From Cenarchaeum sp. (GTDB lineage: Archaea; Thermoproteota; Nitrososphaeria; Nitrososphaerales; Nitrosopumilaceae), in contig OY843584.1 in the NCBI GenBank assembly GCA_963692915.1, positions 832,001 to 896,000 of the forward strand: 64,000 bases of DNA, in the 5' to 3' direction. Numbering within the stretch: the stretch's first letter is position 1; each line of letters begins with the position of its first letter. This document shows, one piece after another, positions 49,883 through 59,245 of the stretch. The position numbers and the translations under genes were made by a program. The notes under the pieces are model-generated. The model had not been told where the DNA came from and searched no databases. It saw only the letters and a program-made list of their open reading frames with translations.

Positions 49883-50692
49883 GTGCGCATGGACATCAAA
49901 AACCTACGCATCATTGCCGATGAGCGCGAGCGAAAGAGCCGCATACCAGCACTGCTCACAAAGCTCGGAGTGCAGACTGACTTTAGCACGCTAGTGACCG
50001 GCGACTATATCGTCGCAACTGACACGGGTGTGGAGCGCAAGAGCACACGTGACCTCATCGCGTCTGTCGTTGACGGGCGGCTAGATGAGCAGTGCAAGAG
50101 GCTAAAGTCAGAGTTTCGCCATCCCGTCCTAGCAGTGGAGGGGCCCTCTGAGGAGATTACGCGCCACGTGGAGAACTCGTATGTGTTCTATGACACCGTG
50201 GCAAGGGTTGCCATCGAGTCAGGCATCTCGCTCGTGCAGACGCCTGATGCCAACGGTACCGCAAGGCTGCTCATCGCACTCGGGACGCGAAAGGGCGTGC
50301 GCAGGGGCGAGCTCCTCAAGAGGCAGCGCAGGAGACCCGGCGCGAGCGTGCGCGAGCAGCAGCTTTGCACGCTGTGCAGCCTGCCGGGCATTGGTGAAAA
50401 GCTTGCCACGCGAATGCTAGACAGGTTTGGCACGCCGATGGCCGCCTTTGGCGCGTCAGCGTCCGAGCTTGCGCGCGTCGAGGGCCTTGGCGCCGTGCGC
50501 GCCAAAAGGCTTTGCGCGATCATGGGCTCGCCGGCCCGCAGTAGCGCCCCCGGGAGGCCTGCGAGTCGCCGGACGCCGGCTCGCCGGACCGCCGCAGACC
50601 GCACAGCGGGACTCGGAGCCCATGTCACGCGAGCACGCCGGACAGCGCCTCGTCCAGCGCCGCGGCGCTCGCGTGCCGGCCGTCATGACTGA
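49883..50692 (+). CDS. Short XPF/ERCC4 structure-specific endonuclease with HhH motifs
   Basis: ADERE, GDY, VERK...DL..S..DGRL, LPGIG, VEGLG. Confidence 0.92.
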   Translation: MRMDIKNLRIIADERERKSRIPALLTKLGVQTDFSTLVTGDYIVATDTGVERKSTRDLIASVVDGRLDEQCKRLKSEFRHPVLAVEGPSEEITRHVENSYVFYDTVARVAIESGISLVQTPDANGTARLLIALGTRKGVRRGELLKRQRRRPGASVREQQLCTLCSLPGIGEKLATRMLDRFGTPMAAFGASASELARVEGLGAVRAKRLCAIMGSPARSSAPGRPASRRTPARRTAADRTAGLGAHVTRARRTAPRPAPRRSRAGRHD

Positions 50693-51037
50693 GACGACGC
50701 CCATGCCCATCGTCTTTGCAACGTTGGAGACGGCATAGTCATCAGTGACGAGCTCGCCGCCAAGCTCGGAGCACAGCGCGATGACTGACACGTCTGCGCG
50801 CGAGAGCGCATCAGACTCGCCTGCGCGCCGTGCTGCTGCGCGTGCGGCAGCGACTGATGCCTCAGACGGGGACATGACGACGAGTCGTCTGACTGCGATG
50901 AGCGTCTCGATTGCGCCGTGGGCCGACTTTATGTGGCGGATCTCGCCATACACGTCCTCTGTCGTGTGCAGGATACCAGATGACGCAAATGGAACGCCCG
51001 CATAGAACGCCGAGGCGTCAAGAACCCTAAAAGCCAA
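50456..51037 (-). CDS. nob1: Nob1-like PIN endonuclease with zinc ribbon
   Basis: VLDASAF, LSRAD, TDDYAVSNVA, CPAC...CAVCG. Confidence 0.92.
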   Translation of the reverse strand: MAFRVLDASAFYAGVPFASSGILHTTEDVYGEIRHIKSAHGAIETLIAVRRLVVMSPSEASVAAARAAARRAGESDALSRADVSVIALCSELGGELVTDDYAVSNVAKTMGMGVVSVMTAGTRAPRRWTRRCPACSRDMGSESRCAVCGGPASRRPATRRPPGGATAGRRAHDRAKPFGAHGAKALDARKLGR

Positions 51038-51842
51038 GCTTTGTCATCTGTCTCAGGCCAGCCTTCCTCTGCCTCACAAAAACCGCATGGCGGCTGTGGC
51101 GCCTTATCGTTATCGAGCCGCCAAACTCGACTGGCCTGATAACCTGCGCGTCCATGACAACGTTGCAGTCATGTGAGCACTTCACCTCGATCTTTTCATC
51201 TGGCACGACGATCGACTCGAGCCTGAACACGGGGGCAACAGGCGTTATGATAAGCACGTCGAGCGTCTCGTGGAGTATCGGGCCTCCAAGCGATAACGAG
51301 TGTCCCGTCGAGCCGCTAGGTGTCGCCACGATAACGCCGTCCATCTTTTGCGTGACTGTGTCGTTCTGGAACTTTATCTCAAACTCGGATGTCCGCGTAA
51401 GGTTGGCGCGGCTGATGAATATCTCATTGAGCGCGGCCGGAAACTCCTCGCCGCCAGTAGAGGCTGACACGCGCACGCGCCGGTCAAGGAATATCTTGTC
51501 GTGGCGAACCTGCTCAATTGCGCCGTCAATCCCGTCCATCGTGGTCTCGGAGAGTATGCCGCGGTTTCCGCCGACGTTTACGGCAAGCATCGGAACCTCA
51601 GAGTCAAGGCCGCGCGCCGTCCTCAGGGTCGTCCCGTCGCCGCCTAGCGTGATGACCATGTCAAGGCTCTCGCCGCGCATCGACTCGACATCCTCGGCCA
51701 CGCGAACGCCCTCAACAGACACCGGCGGCGTCGCGATGACCTCCGAGCCGGCAGCCGCAAGTCGGCCAGCCACCGCAGTCGCCGCCCTAGCAGCGTCTGC
51801 TGAGCCAAGCTTGCACACAATGCCAACCCTGTCGAGCCTCAT
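51027..51842 (-). CDS. nadK: NAD(+) kinase
   Basis: LGGDGT, ALNE, DGVIVATPSGSTGHSLSLGGP. Confidence 0.95.
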   Translation of the reverse strand: MRLDRVGIVCKLGSADAARAATAVAGRLAAAGSEVIATPPVSVEGVRVAEDVESMRGESLDMVITLGGDGTTLRTARGLDSEVPMLAVNVGGNRGILSETTMDGIDGAIEQVRHDKIFLDRRVRVSASTGGEEFPAALNEIFISRANLTRTSEFEIKFQNDTVTQKMDGVIVATPSGSTGHSLSLGGPILHETLDVLIITPVAPVFRLESIVVPDEKIEVKCSHDCNVVMDAQVIRPVEFGGSITIRRHSRHAVFVRQRKAGLRQMTKLGF

Positions 51843-52024
51843 GCGGCACACGCATGCGCGCCTCAATTAAAAACAACCGACTCGGCATGGGCACCATTGC
51901 GCGCGCCAGCAGCAGTGCACGCGCGGGATCGGTGCGGCCGGAGAGCCAGGTTCGCCGCACGCGTGGTCGGCGCGCGACATGGCGCCCACAGTTTAAACGA
52001 GGCCATAACGGGCGCGTGGCCAAG

Positions 52025-52426
52025 ATGGTCGGCGAGCCCCCTGTTCTGTCCAGGGAGGAATATTCGACAAAGTGCGACCAGATACTTGAGGACTCGGAAA
52101 TCAGGTTCTGCGGCTTTATAGGCGGTGACGCCGAGATCATAGTCAGCAGGTTCAGAAAGGACGTTGATCCCATCGAGACTGACGAGAACAGGCGCAAGAT
52201 ATACCAAGATCTCGTAGCCCGCATAACGAGGCGCAAGATGTTTGATGCCAAGCTCGGGCGCGTAAAGTACTCGGCATCACGCCGCGAAAAGGCCGTAATG
52301 ATGAGCTTTCCGATCGGCGAGGACATCGTCATGGTCATGGCCGAGCCGCACGTCAACATTGACCGGACCGCATACAGGATTATCGAAAAGCTCGGCAGCC
52401 AGTGGTCAGAGTTTTACGGCAAATAG
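52025..52426 (+). CDS. DUF6659-like thaumarchaeal protein
   Basis: IRFCGFI...RRKMFDAKLGRVKYSASRREK. Confidence 0.8.
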   Translation: MVGEPPVLSREEYSTKCDQILEDSEIRFCGFIGGDAEIIVSRFRKDVDPIETDENRRKIYQDLVARITRRKMFDAKLGRVKYSASRREKAVMMSFPIGEDIVMVMAEPHVNIDRTAYRIIEKLGSQWSEFYGK

Positions 52427-52443
52427 AAAAGATGGTGTGGGGC

Positions 52444-53394
52444 CTAGAACCCCTTTGGAAGCGTTCCGTGAGTTGAGCTAGGTGCCGGTGCGGTGCGCTT
52501 TTGCGCATTTTCTCGCGCAAGGCGCTCGAGCTCTGCTCGCTCAGCCTGCTCCTTTTCTAGTCTCTTGAGATAGTCTTCCTCGTATGACTCGAGATTGCTC
52601 TTTGAGCTGCCACCCTGCTGTGCTTGCTGCTGCTGCTGCTGCGGTGGGGGCGACATGCCCTTTGGCAGGCTTCCGTGCGTCGATGACGGCGGTGGTGGAG
52701 GTGGCGGTGCGCTATCCTGTGTGCCAGCCTCATCTACGCGCATGCCATAACCCGTGAAGCGCTTTTCGGGTGGATGGTATGCGAGTCTCTGCCTTGTCGC
52801 AAAGTACTGGTTTGAGGGCTGCGTGTATCCCGTGACATTCTTCTTTTGGAGGTTCCAGTCAGACGTTGCGACCTTGCCCGTCGGTGCCGTGTTGCGCGCA
52901 TAGTAGCGGCTCGGCGAGGGCGTGTATCCCGTTATCTTGGCGCGCATCTCGCCAAACGTGTCAGTTATCGGAAAGTTTCGGTATGACTCTTCGAGTGCTG
53001 CAGCCACCGTTGCCGGTGGTGCGCTAGTCTCGGCGCTAGCCGTCTGCGGTGGTGGTGCCATGCCTTTTGGCAGGCTCCCTCGCGTCGATGACGGCTGCGG
53101 TGCAGGCTTTGGCGGCGGTGCTGTCTGCTGCTGCTGCTGCGATGGGGGCGACATGCCCTTTGGCAGGCTACCACGAGCCGATGACGGCTGCGGTGCAGGC
53201 TTTGGCGGCGGTGCTGTCTGCTGCTTTTGGGCAGTGCCCTTTGGCAGGCTTCCGCGCGTCGATGACGGCTCCGGTTTTGGCGGTGCCTGAGCCGAGAGCT
53301 TTGCGATCTGAGCCTCTAGGGTGTGAATCCTCTCCTCTAGGTCCTTCTTGGTCGTTCTCGATGACTTTGCCTTCCTTGTCGTTGCCATTGCCAT
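52444..53394 (-). CDS. Low-complexity P/Q/S-rich protein with repeated SS[TA][RH]G[ST]LPKG motif
   Basis: Five copies of the motif separated by P/Q runs. Confidence 0.8.
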   Translation of the reverse strand: MAMATTRKAKSSRTTKKDLEERIHTLEAQIAKLSAQAPPKPEPSSTRGSLPKGTAQKQQTAPPPKPAPQPSSARGSLPKGMSPPSQQQQQTAPPPKPAPQPSSTRGSLPKGMAPPPQTASAETSAPPATVAAALEESYRNFPITDTFGEMRAKITGYTPSPSRYYARNTAPTGKVATSDWNLQKKNVTGYTQPSNQYFATRQRLAYHPPEKRFTGYGMRVDEAGTQDSAPPPPPPPSSTHGSLPKGMSPPPQQQQQQAQQGGSSKSNLESYEEDYLKRLEKEQAERAELERLARENAQKRTAPAPSSTHGTLPKGF

Positions 53395-53466
53395 GGCGCA
53401 AGAGGGGGTGCTTATTTACATTTTGGTTGATCGCAGCGGATTTCACGCCTGAGGGCGCCCGGACCG

Positions 53467-53658
53467 CTAGTCAGGCTCCCAGAACTGCATCACATAGAGG
53501 CAGTTGTTGCAGCGCCAGACGCTCACGTGCGGGCCGTTGGCCGTGTCAGCCCCATACTCGCCGCCCTTGAGCCTCACGGCCGTGGGCAAAAAGTGCGTAT
53601 TTGGGCTCTGGAGCCACTCGTCCTGGCCGCAGTTGGGGCAGCGCGTCCTTGGGGGCAA
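53467..53658 (-). CDS. Small zinc-ribbon protein
   Basis: CPNC...CNNC; start set to TTG 53658. Confidence 0.75.
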   Translation of the reverse strand: MPPRTRCPNCGQDEWLQSPNTHFLPTAVRLKGGEYGADTANGPHVSVWRCNNCLYVMQFWEPD

Positions 53659-53745
53659 CGCGACGCGCTCGCGAGGCTCCCAAAATGTAGGTTTCGGGCA
53701 GGTCTGCCCAAAAGGGGTAATTAGGGCAGCGCGCTGGGTGCGCCA

Positions 53746-54699
53746 TTGGCGCAGGTGGACGCGCAGTCTGGTCTTGGCGAGCTCGTCGACCGGCTGCGCG
53801 GCGATGGCGGTGTGCGCGACGACGAGGTGGACGCTGGTGCGATCGCCGAGCTGCGCGCGCTGGGGTACGGGATTGCGCATGACGGCCCGTCATGGAGGAT
53901 GACTCGCAGGACCGAGCGCATCCTCCCATGGGAGCTTGCGCGCGGACTGCAGACAAGCGTGCTCGGCAGGCGCGCAGAGTACCATGACGAGATTGGCTCG
54001 ACGCAGGATCGCGCAATCGAGGTGGCGCGCTCTGGTGACGCGCGCGGCACAGTCGTCGTTGCGCGAACGCAACTGTCCGGAAGGGGACGCCGCGGAAGGA
54101 GGTGGGAGTCGCCGGCCGGAGGCTTGTGGATGTCAGTTGTCATCGGAGAGTGCGCCGGTGACGCAAGCATTCTGCCGCTTGCCGCATCACTCTCCCTAAG
54201 GGACGCGGTTCTCGGCACGATTGGCACAGAAACCGGACTCGTGTGGCCAAACGACATTGTGGTTCTCAGGGACGGCGCGGCGCACAAGGTCGCCGGCATT
54301 GTCGTTGACGCAGATGCGCGCGGCGAGTCCATCGAGCATGCCGTCATTGGGGTCGGGATAAACATCGGCGTTGACGAGGATGCGCTAAACGCGTCGATTC
54401 ATGGTGCGGCGCGAAGGGCAGCGTCGTTGCGCGGTGACGCCCATGCGCCAATAAGGCTTGCACAATCATTTCTGCTAAACCTCGAGTCAGTGTGCGCAAG
54501 GCTCGGGCGTGATGCCGCAGGCATTGCAGCAGAGTGGTCAAGGGAGTCAGGCATGGTGGGGCGAACGGCCACTGTCAGGACCGAGTCTTGCGCGGTTTCC
54601 GGGACCGTTGTGCGGATTGACCCTGACGGGGCGCTCGTCCTGCGCTGCGGCGGGCGCGAGGAGCGCTTTGTCGCCGGCGAGGTTGTTTGCGTCCGCTAG
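53746..54699 (+). CDS. birA: Biotin--protein ligase
   Basis: STQD, Q..GRGRRGRRW.SP.GGL, WPND, KVAGI, GVGIN. Confidence 0.94.
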   Translation: MAQVDAQSGLGELVDRLRGDGGVRDDEVDAGAIAELRALGYGIAHDGPSWRMTRRTERILPWELARGLQTSVLGRRAEYHDEIGSTQDRAIEVARSGDARGTVVVARTQLSGRGRRGRRWESPAGGLWMSVVIGECAGDASILPLAASLSLRDAVLGTIGTETGLVWPNDIVVLRDGAAHKVAGIVVDADARGESIEHAVIGVGINIGVDEDALNASIHGAARRAASLRGDAHAPIRLAQSFLLNLESVCARLGRDAAGIAAEWSRESGMVGRTATVRTESCAVSGTVVRIDPDGALVLRCGGREERFVAGEVVCVR

Positions 54700-54985
54700 T
54701 GGCCCGCGAGCGCACGCTCCGGCCGAGCATCTCAGACAGCTCGGACTGGACGTCGAGGACCGAGTCGATGATGCCCTCGAGGCCTGATGCGTACTCGGCA
54801 TAGAGGTCGATTATCCGCGACTTTTGGGCGCCGGATCGCGCGAGCGTGTCGTTTGCGCGAATCAGGTTTGCCGCATCGGTGAGTTCCGGGCTAGTCGGTG
54901 CCGGCTCGCCTATCTTGCCAAGGGCAGCCCTAGCCGCGTCTATCTGCTCGCGGAGGCTCGGTGAGCCCTGCGCGCGACCTGCCAT
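54575..54985 (-). CDS. Hypothetical helical protein with basic tail
   Basis: PELTDAANLIRAND...YAEYASGLE; the tail overlaps birA. Confidence 0.65.
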   Translation of the reverse strand: MAGRAQGSPSLREQIDAARAALGKIGEPAPTSPELTDAANLIRANDTLARSGAQKSRIIDLYAEYASGLEGIIDSVLDVQSELSEMLGRSVRSRATSGRKQPRRRQSAPRARRSAGRAPRQGQSAQRSRKPRKTRS

Positions 54986-55073
54986 GGGGCAGCGAGGGGT
55001 GCCGGGGCGTTAAAGCCTTTGTGCGGCGCCACGCACGAGATCGTGCGCAATATGCACAGGATAAATAGATTGG

Positions 55074-56507
55074 ATGCGTCCCCGCCGACTGATGGCATGG
55101 AGACTAGTGGCCTGCGGCGCCGTGGCAGCAGCTCTAGCCGTTGCGCTAGCCGGAACGGCCGACGCGCAGGATGACGGTGTAATGAAGGAGGCCCGAAGCC
55201 TCTTTGCGCGCGGCGAGTATTCGGCGGCCATTGCGATATACGACGGCATTCTCGACGGGGCGCCAAGGGACGCAGATGTCCTGCGCCTAAAGGGAATAGC
55301 GCAGTCAAACAGCGGCCTGCATCGCGAGTCGCTCATATCGTTCTATACCGTGCTCCAGGACAACCCTGCTGACACCGTTGCGCTAGCCGGAGCCGGCGTG
55401 GGGTTTGGCAACCTAGGCGAGTACGCCGAGGCAAGGCTGTACTTTGCGAGGGCCCTTGAGGCAGAGCCGGAGAGCACGGTGTACCAAAACTATGCGACGT
55501 TTATCGATGGCGTGATAACAAAATACCCCTACAAGGCCACCGAAAAGCCCGACTTTGCGGCACCATCGCAGCGCCCCTCAAAGGTGCCGGCGTGGACCAC
55601 CGGCATTGCGCTGTGGTGGGCCGGCGGGCAGATAAGCGGCGAGGAGTTTCTCGAGGCGATCACGTACCTTCTCGCCGAGGGCGTCATTGTCGTTCCCGTC
55701 GCCGGCATGGAGCGGACCGCCTCCCCGCAGACCGTGCCTGATGAGGAGACGCTCGTGGAGTGGGCATCAGGAAACGTCACAGTCGGCAGCCTAGCGCAGA
55801 CCGTGCGCGAGATGCTCATCGGCGGCCTAGTCGACGGGCCGCCTGAGAGTGCCGAGGCAAAGGCTTCGCGCGACAGGGACGGCCTCTTTTTGTTCAAGAA
55901 CTATCTAGGGCGCATAGTCTCCAACGTCGATAGCGAAAAGCGCTACATCGAGTACCCCAACCCCAGCGGTGATGTGATCAAAAAGTTCCTGCGCGACTAT
56001 GTAAAGTGGAACTTTGACGAGGAGGCCGCGCGCGCCGCCACCAGTTTTCCGGATCCCGAGATCGACGTGCGGATCGGCGCGGGGGCGACCATACGCTACA
56101 ACGTGTTCATAAACGAGCAGCCCTCCGGACTGCCCCTCAACCATGTCGAGACGCTGGGCGACTCGATGGCGTTCTGGGAGGCCCAGACGCTCCAGTACGG
56201 CGGCGAGGACGCGAGCATCATCTTTAGCGTGACGCGCGCAAAGCACGAGGCCAACGTGTGGGTCACGTGGGTGGTCAGGGATCTCGGCGAGGGCGTCCTG
56301 GGCCATGCGCACGTAGGCAAGGGGATTGTGGAAGTCGCCCTAGGCGACTATGCGTGCGACGGGAGCTTTCAGCTGTATGACGTGGGCACCGTTCAGGAGA
56401 TAATGACGCACGAGCTGGGCCACTCTGTCGGCCTGGGCCACTCTGATGTCAAGACCAGCATAATGTACCCCACGCTCTCCCCCTCATACGCGTACTGCCT
56501 CCTCTAG
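55074..56507 (+). CDS. Secreted TPR protein with C-terminal metzincin (M10/M57-like) protease
   Basis: Signal peptide, TPRs, VPAW...WW..GQIS..EF..AI.YL motif, HELGHSVGLGH and SIMYP Met-turn. Confidence 0.9.
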   Translation: MRPRRLMAWRLVACGAVAAALAVALAGTADAQDDGVMKEARSLFARGEYSAAIAIYDGILDGAPRDADVLRLKGIAQSNSGLHRESLISFYTVLQDNPADTVALAGAGVGFGNLGEYAEARLYFARALEAEPESTVYQNYATFIDGVITKYPYKATEKPDFAAPSQRPSKVPAWTTGIALWWAGGQISGEEFLEAITYLLAEGVIVVPVAGMERTASPQTVPDEETLVEWASGNVTVGSLAQTVREMLIGGLVDGPPESAEAKASRDRDGLFLFKNYLGRIVSNVDSEKRYIEYPNPSGDVIKKFLRDYVKWNFDEEAARAATSFPDPEIDVRIGAGATIRYNVFINEQPSGLPLNHVETLGDSMAFWEAQTLQYGGEDASIIFSVTRAKHEANVWVTWVVRDLGEGVLGHAHVGKGIVEVALGDYACDGSFQLYDVGTVQEIMTHELGHSVGLGHSDVKTSIMYPTLSPSYAYCLL

Positions 56508-57067
56508 CCGTCCCACGTGGCGCGCGGTGGGCCGCGGCGCATGACCAGAAAGACGCCGGCGGCAATGCCGACATGGTACAGCGAGTACATTGCGACGTGA
56601 AACTCGGTGGGGACATATCCGGCAAACCTTGACGCGAGGGCCAGGAAGAACGTGATGACACTTATTGCAAAGACAAAGTATCGCGCGATTGCGGGCAGCT
56701 CGGCGCTGCGAAAGAGGAGCATTAGCGAGACGGTGATGAGCATGGCGAGCGTTGACCAAAACCCGCCGTCAACGCCGAGGAGTTGCGCGATGATATTCGC
56801 GAGTCCCTCCAGGGTCTCAGGCGTTCCCAGTCCGGCAAGGTTCACGCGCTCTGGTGACGCAAAGCGCAGCGCGCTCAGGATGGCGTGCGCGAGAAAGACG
56901 ATGAGGAGTATCGTCGAGGCGGCGCGCGCGTGTGAGCGAAGCGACGGAAAGCGCCGGCGGACGCCGCGCGCAAGCATTGCGCCCTGGAGCGCGCCGACGC
57001 CAAATGCGACTGCGAATGACTCGATATAGTGCGCCTCGGCGAGCCCTAGCAGTTCCTCCCCAAGCAA
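56504..57067 (-). CDS. Hypothetical membrane protein (about 5 TM)
   Basis: Multiple hydrophobic helices. Confidence 0.75.
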   Translation of the reverse strand: MLGEELLGLAEAHYIESFAVAFGVGALQGAMLARGVRRRFPSLRSHARAASTILLIVFLAHAILSALRFASPERVNLAGLGTPETLEGLANIIAQLLGVDGGFWSTLAMLITVSLMLLFRSAELPAIARYFVFAISVITFFLALASRFAGYVPTEFHVAMYSLYHVGIAAGVFLVMRRGPPRATWDG

Positions 57068-57138
57068 CGCGCGCGCGGCGCGCAGTGAGGGGATTTAGGG
57101 ATTGCCATTGGGCACGGAGGCCATGCGCGACATGACTG

Positions 57139-57215
57139 TGGTGGGGACGATGGGACTTGAACCCATGATCTCCAGCGCCCGAGGCTGGCAGTCCACCATG
57201 CTAACCTACGTCCCC
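57139..57215 (-). tRNA. tRNA-Pro(CGG), no intron, CCA encoded
   Basis: Acceptor GGGGACG/CGTCCCC-A-CCA; anticodon arm CCAGC-CTCGGGC-GCTGG; T arm ATGGG-TTCAAGT-CCCAT. Confidence 0.96.
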
Positions 57216-57640
57216 GGCGGGGCGCCTGACGGGCCGTTATTATGTCTAATTCCGCAATGCCATGGCCGCCATGTGCCATGGCGTGATTGACCCTGTTGTG
57301 CGAATCCATGTCGCATGTCAGCAGAGCGCGCTCCAAAGTCGCCCCCCTGCCAGGTGACATGCCGCGCCCTATATGGGCGAGTATGCGACGCTCATCGTGC
57401 CGGCCAGGGCCACTAGGTCACAGACGGCGGCACGTCAGTCAGCGCCACACGGCTCCCGTGGATTGACACAGGGAGGAGGGAGCAGCCAGCCATGGCGCAC
57501 AATCCAGTCTCGCCAGTGTTTCGCACATTGCGCCGCAAGGGTGCGCGCGACACGACGTCTGCCAGAGACGCAGAAACGTGTATCATCGCGCAGCCAACAC
57601 TTTCATTGCCGACACATCACGCCAGGGCGCACAACTGGCG

Positions 57641-58483
57641 CTAGCCGTAGGACTCGAACTTTACCTCAAAGGAGCCGTCGGCTCGCTTGTCGCGCTGTGT
57701 CACAAATCCGGACGGCTTTAGATAGTCCATCGAGCCGTCTATTGTCCCCTGCCAGCCGCAGATGTAGAACATTGTGTTCTCCTTTGTGATCTTTTCGCCG
57801 ACGAGCTTTTCGAGCGGCGAGCGGCCGTCCTCACCGGGGCGCAGGAACGTCTCGACCCTGCCCGTGTGGCCGCCCCATGACCGGTTGAACCACTCTTGCG
57901 GGCGGCTGATCGCGGCCCTGTAGGTAAAGTTCCACTTGTCGCGCCCGCGATCGAGGCTCTCGTGCTCTAGGTCCGTAAAGAGCGACTTGTAGCTCAGCTC
58001 GTCAACATAGCTTGCGCCGTGGAGAACGACGATCTCGCGCCTGTCCCCCACATCATGGAGGTGAGACGCAAAGCTCGCAAACGGCGCAATCCCCGTGCCG
58101 CCGCCGATGCACACAATCCTGCGATCATCGCGGCGACCGTCAGGAAGCTTGTCATTGATGAGCAGCGCGGCGCCAGTCGGGCGTATCCAGCTGACCTCGT
58201 CGCCCTCCTTTGCGTTAAAGAGCTGCGTCGTGAGCCTCCCAGGGAGGGGCTTGCGAACCCAGCGTATGACGAGCTCGATGTACTTGCGGTTCTCTGGATG
58301 CGAGGCAATAGAGTAGGCCCGGCGGATCAAGTTCTTCTCGCCGGGCACGTCCATGCCCAGCGTGATGAACTGGCCGGCCTTGTACTCGGGAACCTCGCCG
58401 TCGTTGGGCACTAGGCGGAATATTCCGAGATCCTCCTTTAGGAGCTGCACGTATGTCAGCGTCGCCTTGTTGTCCGTGACCAT
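57641..58483 (-). CDS. Ferredoxin--NADP(+) reductase
   Basis: AGQF, RRAYSIAS, GGGTGIAPF, YICG, FESY. Confidence 0.93.
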   Translation of the reverse strand: MVTDNKATLTYVQLLKEDLGIFRLVPNDGEVPEYKAGQFITLGMDVPGEKNLIRRAYSIASHPENRKYIELVIRWVRKPLPGRLTTQLFNAKEGDEVSWIRPTGAALLINDKLPDGRRDDRRIVCIGGGTGIAPFASFASHLHDVGDRREIVVLHGASYVDELSYKSLFTDLEHESLDRGRDKWNFTYRAAISRPQEWFNRSWGGHTGRVETFLRPGEDGRSPLEKLVGEKITKENTMFYICGWQGTIDGSMDYLKPSGFVTQRDKRADGSFEVKFESYG

Positions 58484-58741
58484 ATGCGCCGCTCGCGCCG
58501 CTCGCGTCGTTAAATACCTTGTGAGCGCCATGGGCAACGGTGGACCAGACAGGCTCGCGTGTGGCCATAATGCCCTGACCTAGAGCACGGCAGGCCAGCC
58601 ATGCGCCGGCGCTAGTGCAGGTGCCCCACAGGGCACGCCGGCTGCAGCAGAGACGGAACTAGGGGGCGCCCATGCTACGGTCATGGGCAAGCTGCGCGCG
58701 CGTTAAAGCCTTAAAATACCGCCGCAGCGCGCCCGTGCGCC

Positions 58742-59152
58742 GTGTCAAAGCCAGCAGACCTAGGATCGCTAAAGGTGGGCTCGTACATACTCTTGCCCGT
58801 CTCTGACCAGCCCACCGGCGAGGCGTGCAGGATTGTCGAATATGACACGAGCAAGCCGGGCAAGCACGGCTCGGCCAAGGCAAGAATCGTCGGCGTTGGC
58901 GTCTTTGATGGCCAAAAGCGCCCGCACGTCGGGCCGGTGAGCATGCAGATTCACGTCCCCCTGATCGACAAGCGGACCGCGCAGGTCATATCGATCAGCG
59001 GCGAGACGATACAGATCATGGACTCGGAAACCTTTGATACCATAGATGTCACGATGGTCGACGACGAGATAAAGGGCACAGTCGAGAACGGCCAGAACGT
59101 AGAGTACTGGACCGTCATGGGCATGACTAAAATAATGCGCGTCCGGGGCTGA
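58742..59152 (+). CDS. eif5A: Translation factor aIF5A
   Basis: SKPGKHGSAK hypusine motif. Confidence 0.97.
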   Translation: MSKPADLGSLKVGSYILLPVSDQPTGEACRIVEYDTSKPGKHGSAKARIVGVGVFDGQKRPHVGPVSMQIHVPLIDKRTAQVISISGETIQIMDSETFDTIDVTMVDDEIKGTVENGQNVEYWTVMGMTKIMRVRG

Positions 59153-59157
59153 GCGCA

Positions 59158-59217
59158 GCGCCGATGAAATGCGGAAAAGCCATCTGATGATGATGAGGAT
59201 TATGAGTTACGAGGCGC
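59158..59217 (+). ncRNA. Box C/D guide sRNA, predicted target tRNA-Met(CAU) C34
   Basis: C-like CCGATGA 59161-67, D' CTGA 59184-87, C' ATGATGA 59190-96, D-like ACGA 59209-12; guide GGATTATGAGT complements ACUCAUAAUCC. Confidence 0.65.
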
Positions 59218-59245
59218 CATGCCACCTGCAGGGTTTAGGGGCGGC

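Noticed and set aside
57216-57640. Integrated element or ncRNA next to tRNA-Pro
   Set aside because: No integrase, no repeat of the tRNA 3' end in the window, and no clear RNA motifs.
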